A DNA stretch of 64,000 nt from an uncultured Anaerolinea sp. (GTDB lineage Bacteria > Chloroflexota > Anaerolineae > Anaerolineales > Anaerolineaceae). Under the pieces are notes generated by a model, which saw only the letters and a program-made list of their open reading frames with translations, was not told the DNA's origin and ran no database searches. The DNA lies in the NCBI GenBank assembly GCA_964533735.1, contig CAZHMD010000013.1, positions 1,638 to 65,637 of the forward strand, in the 5' to 3' direction. Position numbers and translations under genes: made by a program. Below are positions 9,009 to 17,494 of this stretch, piece by piece (within the stretch, counting starts at the first letter, position 1; each line of letters starts with the position of its first letter).

Positions 9009-9189
9009 TTTGCCCTCGACATATTTGATAAGTGTTTTAGGCGGGGATTATGTATATAATATTTTTAACCTGAGTATTAAAAAACAAGTAAATCTTATTA
9101 GCCTGCATTGCACCGGCATAATACCGGGGGGTTGCGTGTGTTAGTCTTGCAGGAGTAAAATGAAAGAAGAGGGATTTGGGTGAGGGGGA

Positions 9190-10269
9190 ATGATTAATCA
9201 GCCTGGAGTTTCTGAATCGACACCTGCGCAGCGAAAAAACGAACGCTTTTTCCTGGTGATGTACAAATTCAGTATCGTGCATTTAATGAGTTTATTCCTG
9301 TTAACGCTTATTTTTGCGTTTCTGGGTGACTGGCGTATGGTGTGGCTCACTGCCGCTTGCACGGCATTCTGGCTTTTTGTGTATATTAATTATCAAAAAA
9401 ATCACAACCGGGTGTTGTTCACGCTTGGCGGGTTTATCACCACGGCTTATGCCATCATCACCACACTCAATTTTGGCTGGTCGAGCGGTTTTTACTTCCT
9501 CGTCCTGGCGGTGCTGCCGGTCACTTTCCTCAACATCCCGCCGAAGAAGATTACCGCTGTATTAATGGGTTTGCTGCTGGGCGGCGGGATTATTGCCATG
9601 TACATAGTATCTTTGATCTACCCGCCTGTGACCCAACTTGCGCAGAAAGTCTCGATGGCATTATTCTTTACCAACCTCCTCTTTTGCGTCATTGCGCTGG
9701 CGGTGATCGGTTACTTCTTTGAGAAAGGCGCCGCAGCCACAGAAGCCTCATTGATGCTTGCCAACAAACGCTTGAGCAACCTGGCGTCCACGGACCCGGT
9801 GACGAATCTGGCAAACCGCCGCACCATGTTGAGCAGGATCAACCAGGAAAGGATCCGACTGGAACGCACCGGAGAAACCTTTTCGCTGATCATGATCGAT
9901 ATTGATAATTTTAAAGTAGTCAATGATGAATACGGTCATGACGCCGGTGATTTTGTTCTGGTAAGCCTGGCGGCCATCATCAATTTCATCATCCGCAAGC
10001 AGGATCATGTGGCGCGCTGGGGCGGGGACGAGTTCCTGGTCTTTTTGCCGGAGACGGGCATGAATGGCGCCAGGGTGGTGGCAGAAAAGATCCGTTCCCG
10101 CATTTTAACCACGCCATTTATTTACCGCGAGATGGATATTCCGGTTACGGTGACGCTGGGGGTTTCCGAGGGGGATGTCGATATGGGCATCGGCAACTGC
10201 ATCCGCAAAGCCGACATTGCCCTGTACGCCGGCAAACAAGCCGGCAAGAACCGTGTTACTTTGGGGTGA
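9190..10269 (+). CDS. membrane-anchored diguanylate cyclase (GGDEF domain)
   Basis: Multi-TM N-terminus, then DIDNFKVVNDEYGHDAGD and RWGGDEFLVFL (GGDEF active site). The true start may be the internal ATG at 9259 (MYKFSIV..). Confidence 0.85.
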   Translation: MINQPGVSESTPAQRKNERFFLVMYKFSIVHLMSLFLLTLIFAFLGDWRMVWLTAACTAFWLFVYINYQKNHNRVLFTLGGFITTAYAIITTLNFGWSSGFYFLVLAVLPVTFLNIPPKKITAVLMGLLLGGGIIAMYIVSLIYPPVTQLAQKVSMALFFTNLLFCVIALAVIGYFFEKGAAATEASLMLANKRLSNLASTDPVTNLANRRTMLSRINQERIRLERTGETFSLIMIDIDNFKVVNDEYGHDAGDFVLVSLAAIINFIIRKQDHVARWGGDEFLVFLPETGMNGARVVAEKIRSRILTTPFIYREMDIPVTVTLGVSEGDVDMGIGNCIRKADIALYAGKQAGKNRVTLG

Positions 10270-10296
10270 AAATAGAATTCCGTAAAACGCTGGTGT

Positions 10297-11970
10297 TTAC
10301 AAATCTTTGATCATGTACAACCCGCCCAGCCTGAATCCGCGGCTGGCGTAGTACAGGCGCGTGCCGATGGCAGCAATGACCGCCATTTGCTTATAACCGT
10401 GTTCGCGCGCAATTTCCTCGGATCTGCGGAGCAGCCCGGTGCCCAGCCCGATGTGCTGGGCAGCACCCTCTTTATCTGTCCCCAGCGGCAGCGATTGACC
10501 ATAGACGTGCACTTCGCGGATGAGGGCGGCACCCTCCAGGTCAGGCACGTGCATTTGCGGGGCATCCGCTGCGGGCAGGGAGAGGCGCAAGTAGCCGGCA
10601 ATGCGCTCCTCGGGGGTGGTGTAGGTGAGGAAGTGTTCCTCTGCCCGGGAGGGGTGGTAGAGGAAGTCTCCAAGGGTGAGGGTGGCAAAGTCCACATCAT
10701 GCGTCTTGACTTCGCGGCAGCGGATGCAGCGGCACACCTGACCGCGCTTTTTTAATTCAAGCTGCACGTCCTGGCGAAGGCTGGTGCGTTTGTTGCCTTC
10801 CACCACGTGGATGGAGGGAATATCGCGGATGATGCGGTTGACACGGCAGTACTCCGGGATGAGCGGTTTGATGTCGGCGATGAGCGCTACCAATTCCGCG
10901 GTGGTGTAGGGCTGGTATTCTCCCCGCTGCCAGTAGTTGTACAGTTCCGCGGATTCCAGCAGCTGAGTGGGGTAGATCTTCAACTCGTCGGGGGCGTAGC
11001 CGTCATTCCACAGGCGCGCAAAATCCTCGCGGTCGGAATCAAGGGTGGCTCCTAGTAAATTCGGCATCCAGTGCAGTACGATCTTAAAACCGGCGGCGCG
11101 CAGCAGGCTGGTGGCGTGCAGGGTATCGGCGGAGGTGTGCCCGCGCAGGTTGAGGTTGAGTACGCGGTCATCCAGGCTTTGAGCGCCCATCTGCACCTTG
11201 GTAACGCCAAGCTGGCGCAGCCACACCAGTTCGTCGCGCGTGATCTCGTCCGGGCGGGTTTCCACCACCAACCCCACGTTGCGGTGATTGGCGCTCTCGT
11301 TTTGCGTGTGCGCTTTGGCGAGCCTCGTCAGGTCAATTGCAGCCGCGGGAGACTTTTCGGCAGGCGGCTCCACCTGGAAATCCTGCTCGTTTTCGGGCAG
11401 GGAATCTTCGTTCATGGCGTCAAAACAGCGGCGGATGAACCATTCCTGGTAAGCGCGCGTGTAGGAACTCCAGGTGCCGCCAAGCACCAGCAGCTCGATC
11501 TTGTCATTGGGGTGCCCCACCGCGCGGTATTCTGCCAGGCGCGACTGCACCTGGTCGTAAGGGTCAAACTTGTTCTGGAATGCACGCGCCGCCCCGGGTT
11601 CATCCACGAGGTAACTCTTGGGCATGTAGGCTTCGGTGGGGCAGAAAACGCAGCGCCCCGGGCAGGGCCAGGCTTTGGTGAGCACGGTGACGGTGGAAAC
11701 GCCCGAGAGCGTGCGCACGGGTTTCATGCGGATGCGCGGCAAAAAGTCCGGGTCGTCCGGCCACTCACCGCGCGCCACCAGATCGCGGTAAGCTGCCACT
11801 AAAATATGCTTGGCGATCAACTGTCCGTTGGGCAGGGGATGAGACCGCAGGGCGCGGTCCAGCTTGCGCCCGGTCTTCACCTCTTCGAGCACCAGGCGGG
11901 CGGTTTCAAATTGTTCGGGGGTATACACCCTGGCATTGCGCCAGTTTTCAATGAACTTGGGATCACGCAT
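10297..11970 (-). CDS. elp3: Elp3-type radical SAM / GNAT acetyltransferase (tRNA U34 carboxymethylation enzyme homologue)
   Basis: 557 aa. Radical-SAM cluster motif CPGRCVFCP (CX3CX2C), then a TIM-barrel-like core and a C-terminal GNAT region (IGLGTGLLRRSEEIAREHGYKQMAVIAAIGTRLYYASRGF). This is the Elp3 domain order. Confidence 0.8.
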   Translation of the reverse strand: MRDPKFIENWRNARVYTPEQFETARLVLEEVKTGRKLDRALRSHPLPNGQLIAKHILVAAYRDLVARGEWPDDPDFLPRIRMKPVRTLSGVSTVTVLTKAWPCPGRCVFCPTEAYMPKSYLVDEPGAARAFQNKFDPYDQVQSRLAEYRAVGHPNDKIELLVLGGTWSSYTRAYQEWFIRRCFDAMNEDSLPENEQDFQVEPPAEKSPAAAIDLTRLAKAHTQNESANHRNVGLVVETRPDEITRDELVWLRQLGVTKVQMGAQSLDDRVLNLNLRGHTSADTLHATSLLRAAGFKIVLHWMPNLLGATLDSDREDFARLWNDGYAPDELKIYPTQLLESAELYNYWQRGEYQPYTTAELVALIADIKPLIPEYCRVNRIIRDIPSIHVVEGNKRTSLRQDVQLELKKRGQVCRCIRCREVKTHDVDFATLTLGDFLYHPSRAEEHFLTYTTPEERIAGYLRLSLPAADAPQMHVPDLEGAALIREVHVYGQSLPLGTDKEGAAQHIGLGTGLLRRSEEIAREHGYKQMAVIAAIGTRLYYASRGFRLGGLYMIKDL

Positions 11971-11975
11971 CGGCT

Positions 11976-11983
11976 ATTATAAT
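11976..11983. promoter_or_regulatory. palindromic ATTATAAT giving a TATAAT -10 hexamer on both strands
   Basis: Plus-strand TATAAT at 11978-11983 lies 6 nt before ATG 11990. Minus-strand TATAAT at 11981-11976 lies 5 nt before ATG 11970. This geometry fits leaderless transcripts. Confidence 0.45.
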
Positions 11984-11989
11984 AAACTC

Positions 11990-12787
11990 ATGCAGGCTGA
12001 GATTATCGCAAAACTCCTCGCTATCAATGAGGAATTCTACCAGAGATTCGGAGCGGCTTTCGCCGCCACGCGCCGGCGCATCCAGCCGGGTGTGCAGCGT
12101 GTGCTGGCGGAATTTATCCGCGACGGCGATTGGCTGGACCTGGGCTGCGGCAGCGGGGCAATCCTGACCCATTGGATCCAGTCCGGGCTTAAGGGATCTT
12201 ACACCGGAATGGATTTCAGTGAAGCCCTGTTGAATGAAGCCAGGGCAAATTTATTGCTTCAGCCTGCGCATCCCGAACTGGAAGTGAATTATGTCCGCGC
12301 TAGCCTGCTTGACCCGCAATGGCCGGCATTGATCAAAAAGAATCGCCTGACAGGGGTGCTGGCGTTTGCCTCGCTGCATCACCTGCCGGGTTATGCTAAC
12401 CGGGTGGCAGTCTTGCGCGCGGCGCGGGAATTCTTAAGCGGCGGGGGGTACTTCATCCATTCCGAGTGGCAGTTCCAGCACAGTCCAAAATTGATGAGCC
12501 GGGTGCTGCCCTGGTCCACTGTGGGGATCGCTGAAACTGACGTGGAAGAAGGCGACACCCTGCTGGACTGGCGCCACGCTGAAGGCGACCAGGTGGGAGA
12601 ACGCGGATTACGTTATGTGCACCTCTTCAGCCGTGATGAGTTGAAGCGGCTGGCGGATGAAAGCGGTTATAGAGTGCTGCACGAGTTTGAAAGTGATGGC
12701 AAGGGGGGAAACCTGGCGCTATACCAGATGTGGGATTACGACTCCACTCATCCTTCCGAGCCTTTCAGGTCTGAAGGGGGAGTCTAG
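11990..12787 (+). CDS. class I SAM-dependent methyltransferase, Trm9-like
   Basis: 265 aa. FAATRRRIQPGV, LDLGCGSG (SAM motif I), LAFASLHHLP and RYVHLFSRDELKRL resemble Trm9/ALKBH8-type methyltransferases. Start taken at the ATG at 11990 because the upstream part of the ORF overlaps elp3. Confidence 0.6.
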   Translation: MQAEIIAKLLAINEEFYQRFGAAFAATRRRIQPGVQRVLAEFIRDGDWLDLGCGSGAILTHWIQSGLKGSYTGMDFSEALLNEARANLLLQPAHPELEVNYVRASLLDPQWPALIKKNRLTGVLAFASLHHLPGYANRVAVLRAAREFLSGGGYFIHSEWQFQHSPKLMSRVLPWSTVGIAETDVEEGDTLLDWRHAEGDQVGERGLRYVHLFSRDELKRLADESGYRVLHEFESDGKGGNLALYQMWDYDSTHPSEPFRSEGGV

Positions 12788-13158
12788 CTGGTCGTGCGCA
12801 AGCCCCCGCGGCGTTGACGTTCCTTCACCTGGGAGAGGTGGTAATTCACCGTGCGGCGCGAGAGGTTGAGCAGCAGTGCGATCTCACTGGTATTCAACCC
12901 GCGCGCCGAGAGTTCAGACACTTGCGCCTGGCGTTTGGAAAGTTCCGTTTCGTTTTTAGGTGAAATGGCATCGCTGCCGGGGGTGATGATGACAGTGGTG
13001 CCAACGTAAACGGCGCTGAGCTTGCCGGGAGGCGCGGATTTCAACACCGCCAGCGGGCGCATGCCGGCATTCACCGCGGCGGTCAGTTGGGTGGGGGTGA
13101 TTTCGACTTCGAGTTGGATGACAGTCGCGTCATCCGGCAGGTAGAGCAGGCGGGTCAT
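12784..13158 (-). CDS. small LuxR/GerE-family HTH protein
   Basis: C-terminal LSKRQAQVSELSARGLNTSEIALLLNLSRRTVNYHLSQV is a LuxR-type HTH. The ~70-aa N-terminal part is unassigned. Start at the ATG after a GGAG SD (the ORF-track TTG at 13176 is less likely). Confidence 0.7.
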   Translation of the reverse strand: MTRLLYLPDDATVIQLEVEITPTQLTAAVNAGMRPLAVLKSAPPGKLSAVYVGTTVIITPGSDAISPKNETELSKRQAQVSELSARGLNTSEIALLLNLSRRTVNYHLSQVKERQRRGGLRTTS

Positions 13159-13271
13159 TGTGGCTCCAAAAGGCAATACAATAATAGAACAAATTTACTA
13201 CTATTATTATGACATCCCTTAACTGCCTTGTCAAGGGATGCGGGGGATTGTTAAGGGTTTGAAAGATGTTA

Positions 13272-16058
13272 CTACAACAACCCCAGTTTGCGGGCTCGGG
13301 CAACTGCCTCAGTACGGTTGCGGACATTCAGCTTATTGAAAATGTGGTGAATATGGCTTTTAACGGTTCCAATCGTGATCACAAATCGTTCTGCGATGAC
13401 CTGATTGGTTGCTCCCGTGGCGATCATCTTCAACACTTCAATTTCACGCTGGCTAAGTGGCTCTACTAATTCCTCCCCTGGTATATCTTCATAGATAATT
13501 CCCTGTGGAGTGGTGCTTGAAGTCACACCGCTTCCCCACCGTCTCGATCTCCGGATTGCAGCCAATACCGACCTGAGATAATCCGAACTGCCGCCTTGCT
13601 GCACTGCAACATGAATGAGGTCATCTAGAATTGAGCTTTGATCAAAAATACGCACAAATCCTCTTGGGCGGCAGAGGGCTACAGCCTGGTTCAAGGTTGT
13701 CAACGCGGTTCCAGTCTGACCTTGTTGGTGAAACATCTGAGCCTGGACCAAGGTTAACTCAATTTCTCTCCCCACCAGCCCCTTGTCCTTAGCCGATCGC
13801 ATGTGCGAATCAAGGTACGGCTGAATAGCCTGAGGCTGGTTCAGCAGGATCTGCATCCGCATCCAATTCAGGTTGGCTTGATAAAAAGCTTCTGCTGCAC
13901 CAACCGGGCCTAAACCAAAAATCGGAAGTGAATCACCCAAAGCAGTGTGGTAAAAATGCAGCCAATCCCTGCCAGCCTCCAGCGCACTGACCTCCTCAGG
14001 GTTGGAGCGCAGCCTTGCAAGCACCCGAAAACCCTGTGTGATGAGCTGGATATCCGGCCACAAGGTGTGCAGCCGATCAAAGCAGGACATAGCCTCATCC
14101 AGGCGGCCTTGGATTTCATACACACGGGCCAGGGCAAGGAATGAAGTCATCAGGTAATACGGATTCATCCCCCAACCCATCCGGTCTATTCCATGGAGCA
14201 ATTTTTGTTCAGCCTCATCCATGTGGTCCTGTTCCAGCAGGACACACCCCTCGGCAACCTCCAAACTACCCAATGCGGGCAAATCTAACCCCGATTGATT
14301 TGAGAGTATGGTGAATTCCGCCTGTCCGGACTGGCAAATTTCCAAAGAGTCAGTTAGGCGACCCTGGCTGAATGCCAGGCGGGCGAGGTGAAAGGTAGCT
14401 TCAACCATCCCAAAGAATAAGCCAGACTGTAATGCAAGCGGCCGCGCTTCTTCAAAGATCTTTTTCGCCTCCTCAGGGCAGTTAAGAGCCAGATGGGCGT
14501 ACCCGGCTATCCATAACCAGGGAAACCGACCCGAATCTCCCGGTGGGTAACCAGTCAGGTACGATTGTGACAAAACCAGCAGCTTATTCGCATCCACCTG
14601 ATGGTCTGGGATCATTGCCAGGAAGGTATGGACAACTGCAGTAAATTCGTAGACCCCGATTGCCTCCTCTGGGGCATCAAGATTTTCCATCGCCAGGCTC
14701 GCAAGATGTAAGCGTGCCTCCACCAGGTTGCGATATTTGGCCTGAAACCGGTACGCCAACGCAAATGCCTGGAAGATACAAAGCATGGGGCGCTTACCCA
14801 TAACGGTTTCGGGGAATGAAGAACACCACTCATTAATCGTGGCAATATCACTATTAATTATCAGTGTGAAGCTGTGTTGTTCAACAAAGGCCGCAGCAAA
14901 AGACCAATCCCCTGAACGAAACGCATGATAGGCTCCTTCGTAGAGCAAACCATGGGCAGCAAACCATTTTGCAGCCGATCGATGCAGATCCAGTGCACGC
15001 GCTGATTGGGAGATAGTCAACCATGTACGCAGAAAGTCTCGAAACAGATGGTGATACCTGTACCAGGTCGTGCCATCCTCACTGGGCTCTCCGCCATCCA
15101 ATGCGACGATGAAAAGGTTAGCCTGTTCAAGCTGCACTAATATGCTGGCGCTGTTTTCGATTCCCAGAATTGCATCACAGGCCGAGGCGTTCATTCGCTC
15201 AAAAATCGATGTCTCGAGCAGAAAAGATTGCACTTCTTCCGGCAATTGGTTGACCACTTCATTCAATAGAAACTCAGCTTGTTGTCGGCGACCACCGCTT
15301 AAGGAAAAGCCTGCATGATCATCAGGCGCATGGTTCGTGAGTGAAAGTGCTGCCAATTGTAAACCGGCGGGCCAACCTTCCACCTGTTCGGCCAATCTGG
15401 TAATCAGCTCGTCCGGTAATTCGAGCTGCATTGAATCGCTCAAGAAAAGTTTGGTTTCTTTATCGACAAAGCGAAGATCCGGAGCACGCAGTTCTGCTAA
15501 TCGTCCACGTGCCCGCCAGCGAGACAGTGGAAGAGCAGGGTTCGACCGGCTTCCAATCGCAATATGGAAATTATCCGGGCGGTGGCTGATCAAGAACTCC
15601 ACCGCCTTATGGATCACAGGTGTTCTTATCAGGTGATAGTCATCCAGCACCAGAACAATTTGATGGTCTGTGTTACAAAGTGAATTGATTACGGTGGGAA
15701 GAAGTGTGAGCAAATCCGTGTCCGTCGAAGCACGCAGCATCTGATGAACTGACGCCAGCCCACTGCCTGTACCTAGTGCCTGTTCCAGGCTGGCAACCAA
15801 ATATGTACCGAAGGTAATCGGATTATTGTCGCTTTCATCTAATGAATACCAGGACACTTTTATACCTGCCTGATTCAGCTGGCGTGTCCAATCGATTAAC
15901 AAGGTAGTCTTCCCATAACCGGCAGGAGCGCACACCAACGTCAGATCCACATTGGGTTCCAGGGTAAGTTTTTGCAGCAATCGGTCACGCCATATGGTTT
16001 TTGACCGCGTTGCAGGCGGACGGAGTTTCGTTAAGATCAGCGAGCTGATTAGTTCCAT
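13272..16058 (-). CDS. large ATP-binding LuxR-family (LAL / MalT-like STAND) transcriptional regulator
   Basis: 928 aa. N-terminal P-loop VCAPAGYGKTTLL, a long helical/TPR-like middle region, and a C-terminal LuxR HTH (LSQREIEVLKMIATGATNQVIAERFVITIGTVKSHIHHIFNKL). Confidence 0.85.
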   Translation of the reverse strand: MELISSLILTKLRPPATRSKTIWRDRLLQKLTLEPNVDLTLVCAPAGYGKTTLLIDWTRQLNQAGIKVSWYSLDESDNNPITFGTYLVASLEQALGTGSGLASVHQMLRASTDTDLLTLLPTVINSLCNTDHQIVLVLDDYHLIRTPVIHKAVEFLISHRPDNFHIAIGSRSNPALPLSRWRARGRLAELRAPDLRFVDKETKLFLSDSMQLELPDELITRLAEQVEGWPAGLQLAALSLTNHAPDDHAGFSLSGGRRQQAEFLLNEVVNQLPEEVQSFLLETSIFERMNASACDAILGIENSASILVQLEQANLFIVALDGGEPSEDGTTWYRYHHLFRDFLRTWLTISQSARALDLHRSAAKWFAAHGLLYEGAYHAFRSGDWSFAAAFVEQHSFTLIINSDIATINEWCSSFPETVMGKRPMLCIFQAFALAYRFQAKYRNLVEARLHLASLAMENLDAPEEAIGVYEFTAVVHTFLAMIPDHQVDANKLLVLSQSYLTGYPPGDSGRFPWLWIAGYAHLALNCPEEAKKIFEEARPLALQSGLFFGMVEATFHLARLAFSQGRLTDSLEICQSGQAEFTILSNQSGLDLPALGSLEVAEGCVLLEQDHMDEAEQKLLHGIDRMGWGMNPYYLMTSFLALARVYEIQGRLDEAMSCFDRLHTLWPDIQLITQGFRVLARLRSNPEEVSALEAGRDWLHFYHTALGDSLPIFGLGPVGAAEAFYQANLNWMRMQILLNQPQAIQPYLDSHMRSAKDKGLVGREIELTLVQAQMFHQQGQTGTALTTLNQAVALCRPRGFVRIFDQSSILDDLIHVAVQQGGSSDYLRSVLAAIRRSRRWGSGVTSSTTPQGIIYEDIPGEELVEPLSQREIEVLKMIATGATNQVIAERFVITIGTVKSHIHHIFNKLNVRNRTEAVARARKLGLL

Positions 16059-16194
16059 AATCAGATTTATTGTATAGCAGTATGCGCCAAGTATATACCC
16101 ATGAATCTAACTTTCGATAGGTGCGATCGACCGCTATCCAGGATACGATGTGGTCATCATCTGTATAAAACATATTCAAGAAAGGGATATAAAA

Positions 16195-16743
16195 ATGGAA
16201 GAAAGAAACATACTGGTCGCTTATACAACCATGAGTGGTTCAACTCAGGAAATCGCTGATTTTGTGGCTAATGAACTCACCCATCTGGGGCAGCACGTAG
16301 TTTTGCGTCCGTGCAGTGAAATTAATGATCTCAAAGCATTCAGCGGTGTCGTACTCGGCGCACCGATTTACATGTTCCACCTTCACAAAGACGCACAACG
16401 TTTTTTACAGCGCCATCAAAAGAGTCTGGCTGATTTGCCTATCGCCGTATTTGCCGGCGGACCTTATGGACCCAATGTTGCGCAGGATGCCCTTGAGGTT
16501 CGAAAAAACCTGGATAATGAGTTGGCAAAATTCGGCTGGTTGAAACCTGTCAGCGTTCAATTGGTTGGCGGACGGTTTGACCCAGCTCGCCTGCGTTTTC
16601 CATATAACCTGATCCCAGCCCTAAAGCAAGCCCCTGCCAGTGACGCCCGCAATTGGGAGGAAATCCGCGCTTGGGTCAGTAACCTACCCGTCCTGTTTAT
16701 GCATCCAATTTCACAATCTCTGGTCTGCGAAAGGAGCCTGTGA
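16195..16743 (+). CDS. flavodoxin-like domain protein (HemG/Flavodoxin_5-like)
   Basis: MEERNILVAYTTMSGSTQEIADFVA... followed by GAPIYMF is a flavodoxin-fold FMN-binding pattern. Start at the internal ATG of ORF 16150. Confidence 0.65.
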   Translation: MEERNILVAYTTMSGSTQEIADFVANELTHLGQHVVLRPCSEINDLKAFSGVVLGAPIYMFHLHKDAQRFLQRHQKSLADLPIAVFAGGPYGPNVAQDALEVRKNLDNELAKFGWLKPVSVQLVGGRFDPARLRFPYNLIPALKQAPASDARNWEEIRAWVSNLPVLFMHPISQSLVCERSL

Positions 16744-17378
16744 TGAAGAGCGCACGGTTTCAATTTGTTGCAATCATGGGCGCCATCATGGGGGCAGCCG
16801 GCATCGAGCACGGAGTGGGCGAATTTCTGCAGGGTAACATTGCGCCAGATGGATTAATGATCCAATCCTGGCCAGATTCCGCTTTCTTTCAGAGCCTGGG
16901 TGGCGAGCCAGCCCTGACCATCTTGCCTAATTTACGACTGACCGGTCTCCTGGCAATTGGATTTTCACTGTTGTACGCTATCTGGGCGATTTATTTTGCT
17001 CAGAGTAAGCACAACAGGTGGATCTTGATGTTGCTGGCCATTCCAATGCTGTTGTTTGGTGGCGGGATCTTTCCCCCCATTCTGGGGTTGTTGATAGGCG
17101 CTGCTGCTTCTGCGTTCAGGTCTCCTGTACGTCAAAAATCAATCGGTGGGGTAGGGCGGTTCCTCGGTCTGTCTTGGGGGTGGATCCTGGCGGTTTGTTG
17201 TTTATCCTGGCTGGCTTTGTTTCCCGGCGTTGCTGTCCTGAATTACTTCTTCGGGGTTGACTCAGTGCCTTTCACGCTGGCAATGATAATCACTGCTTTT
17301 CTATTTCTATTTATCGCTTATCGGAGCAGCATTCAGCATGATCGATTAATGCTCACGCGTCTGAACAACCAGAAGTGA
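16743..17378 (+). CDS. integral membrane protein, function unknown
   Basis: About 5 hydrophobic segments. Its start overlaps the stop of the flavodoxin-like gene (TGATG). Confidence 0.5.
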   Translation: MKSARFQFVAIMGAIMGAAGIEHGVGEFLQGNIAPDGLMIQSWPDSAFFQSLGGEPALTILPNLRLTGLLAIGFSLLYAIWAIYFAQSKHNRWILMLLAIPMLLFGGGIFPPILGLLIGAAASAFRSPVRQKSIGGVGRFLGLSWGWILAVCCLSWLALFPGVAVLNYFFGVDSVPFTLAMIITAFLFLFIAYRSSIQHDRLMLTRLNNQK

Positions 17379-17477
17379 ATTAGGTAAGAAGTGTTCACCA
17401 TTGTCGTGCCACACCTGCATAATTTATAAATTGGTTACCCGATAATTATTGATCCGTTGCCAAAAAAACCCATAAAA

Positions 17478-17494
17478 CTTGCCAATTTGGCAAG
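17478..17494. repeat. perfect 17-bp palindrome CTTGCCAA-T-TTGGCAAG, flanked by T-runs on both strands
   Basis: Read directly from the sequence. A degenerate copy TTCGCCAAACAGGCAAG lies at 17509-17525, and further TTGCC(A) half-sites lie at 17457, 17572 and 17596. Confidence 0.6.

Noticed and set aside
9009-9189. The spacer upstream of the GGDEF gene with CCTGCA...TGCAGG and CCGG...CCGG pairings, as a possible c-di-GMP riboswitch.
   Set aside because: I could not recognise GEMM-I/II conserved cores, there is no terminator or SD-sequestering helix, and the pairings are short enough to arise by chance.
10297-11970. The radical SAM enzyme as a RiPP or natural-product maturase.
   Set aside because: The fused C-terminal GNAT domain and overall length match Elp3. 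No precursor-peptide ORF or other biosynthetic genes are adjacent.
13272-16058. The STAND NTPases (this one and 24245..26929) as possible Avs/NLR-like antiphage sensors.
   Set aside because: Both end in a canonical LuxR-type HTH and have no nuclease, protease, TIR or other effector domain. This is the LAL/MalT transcription-factor architecture.
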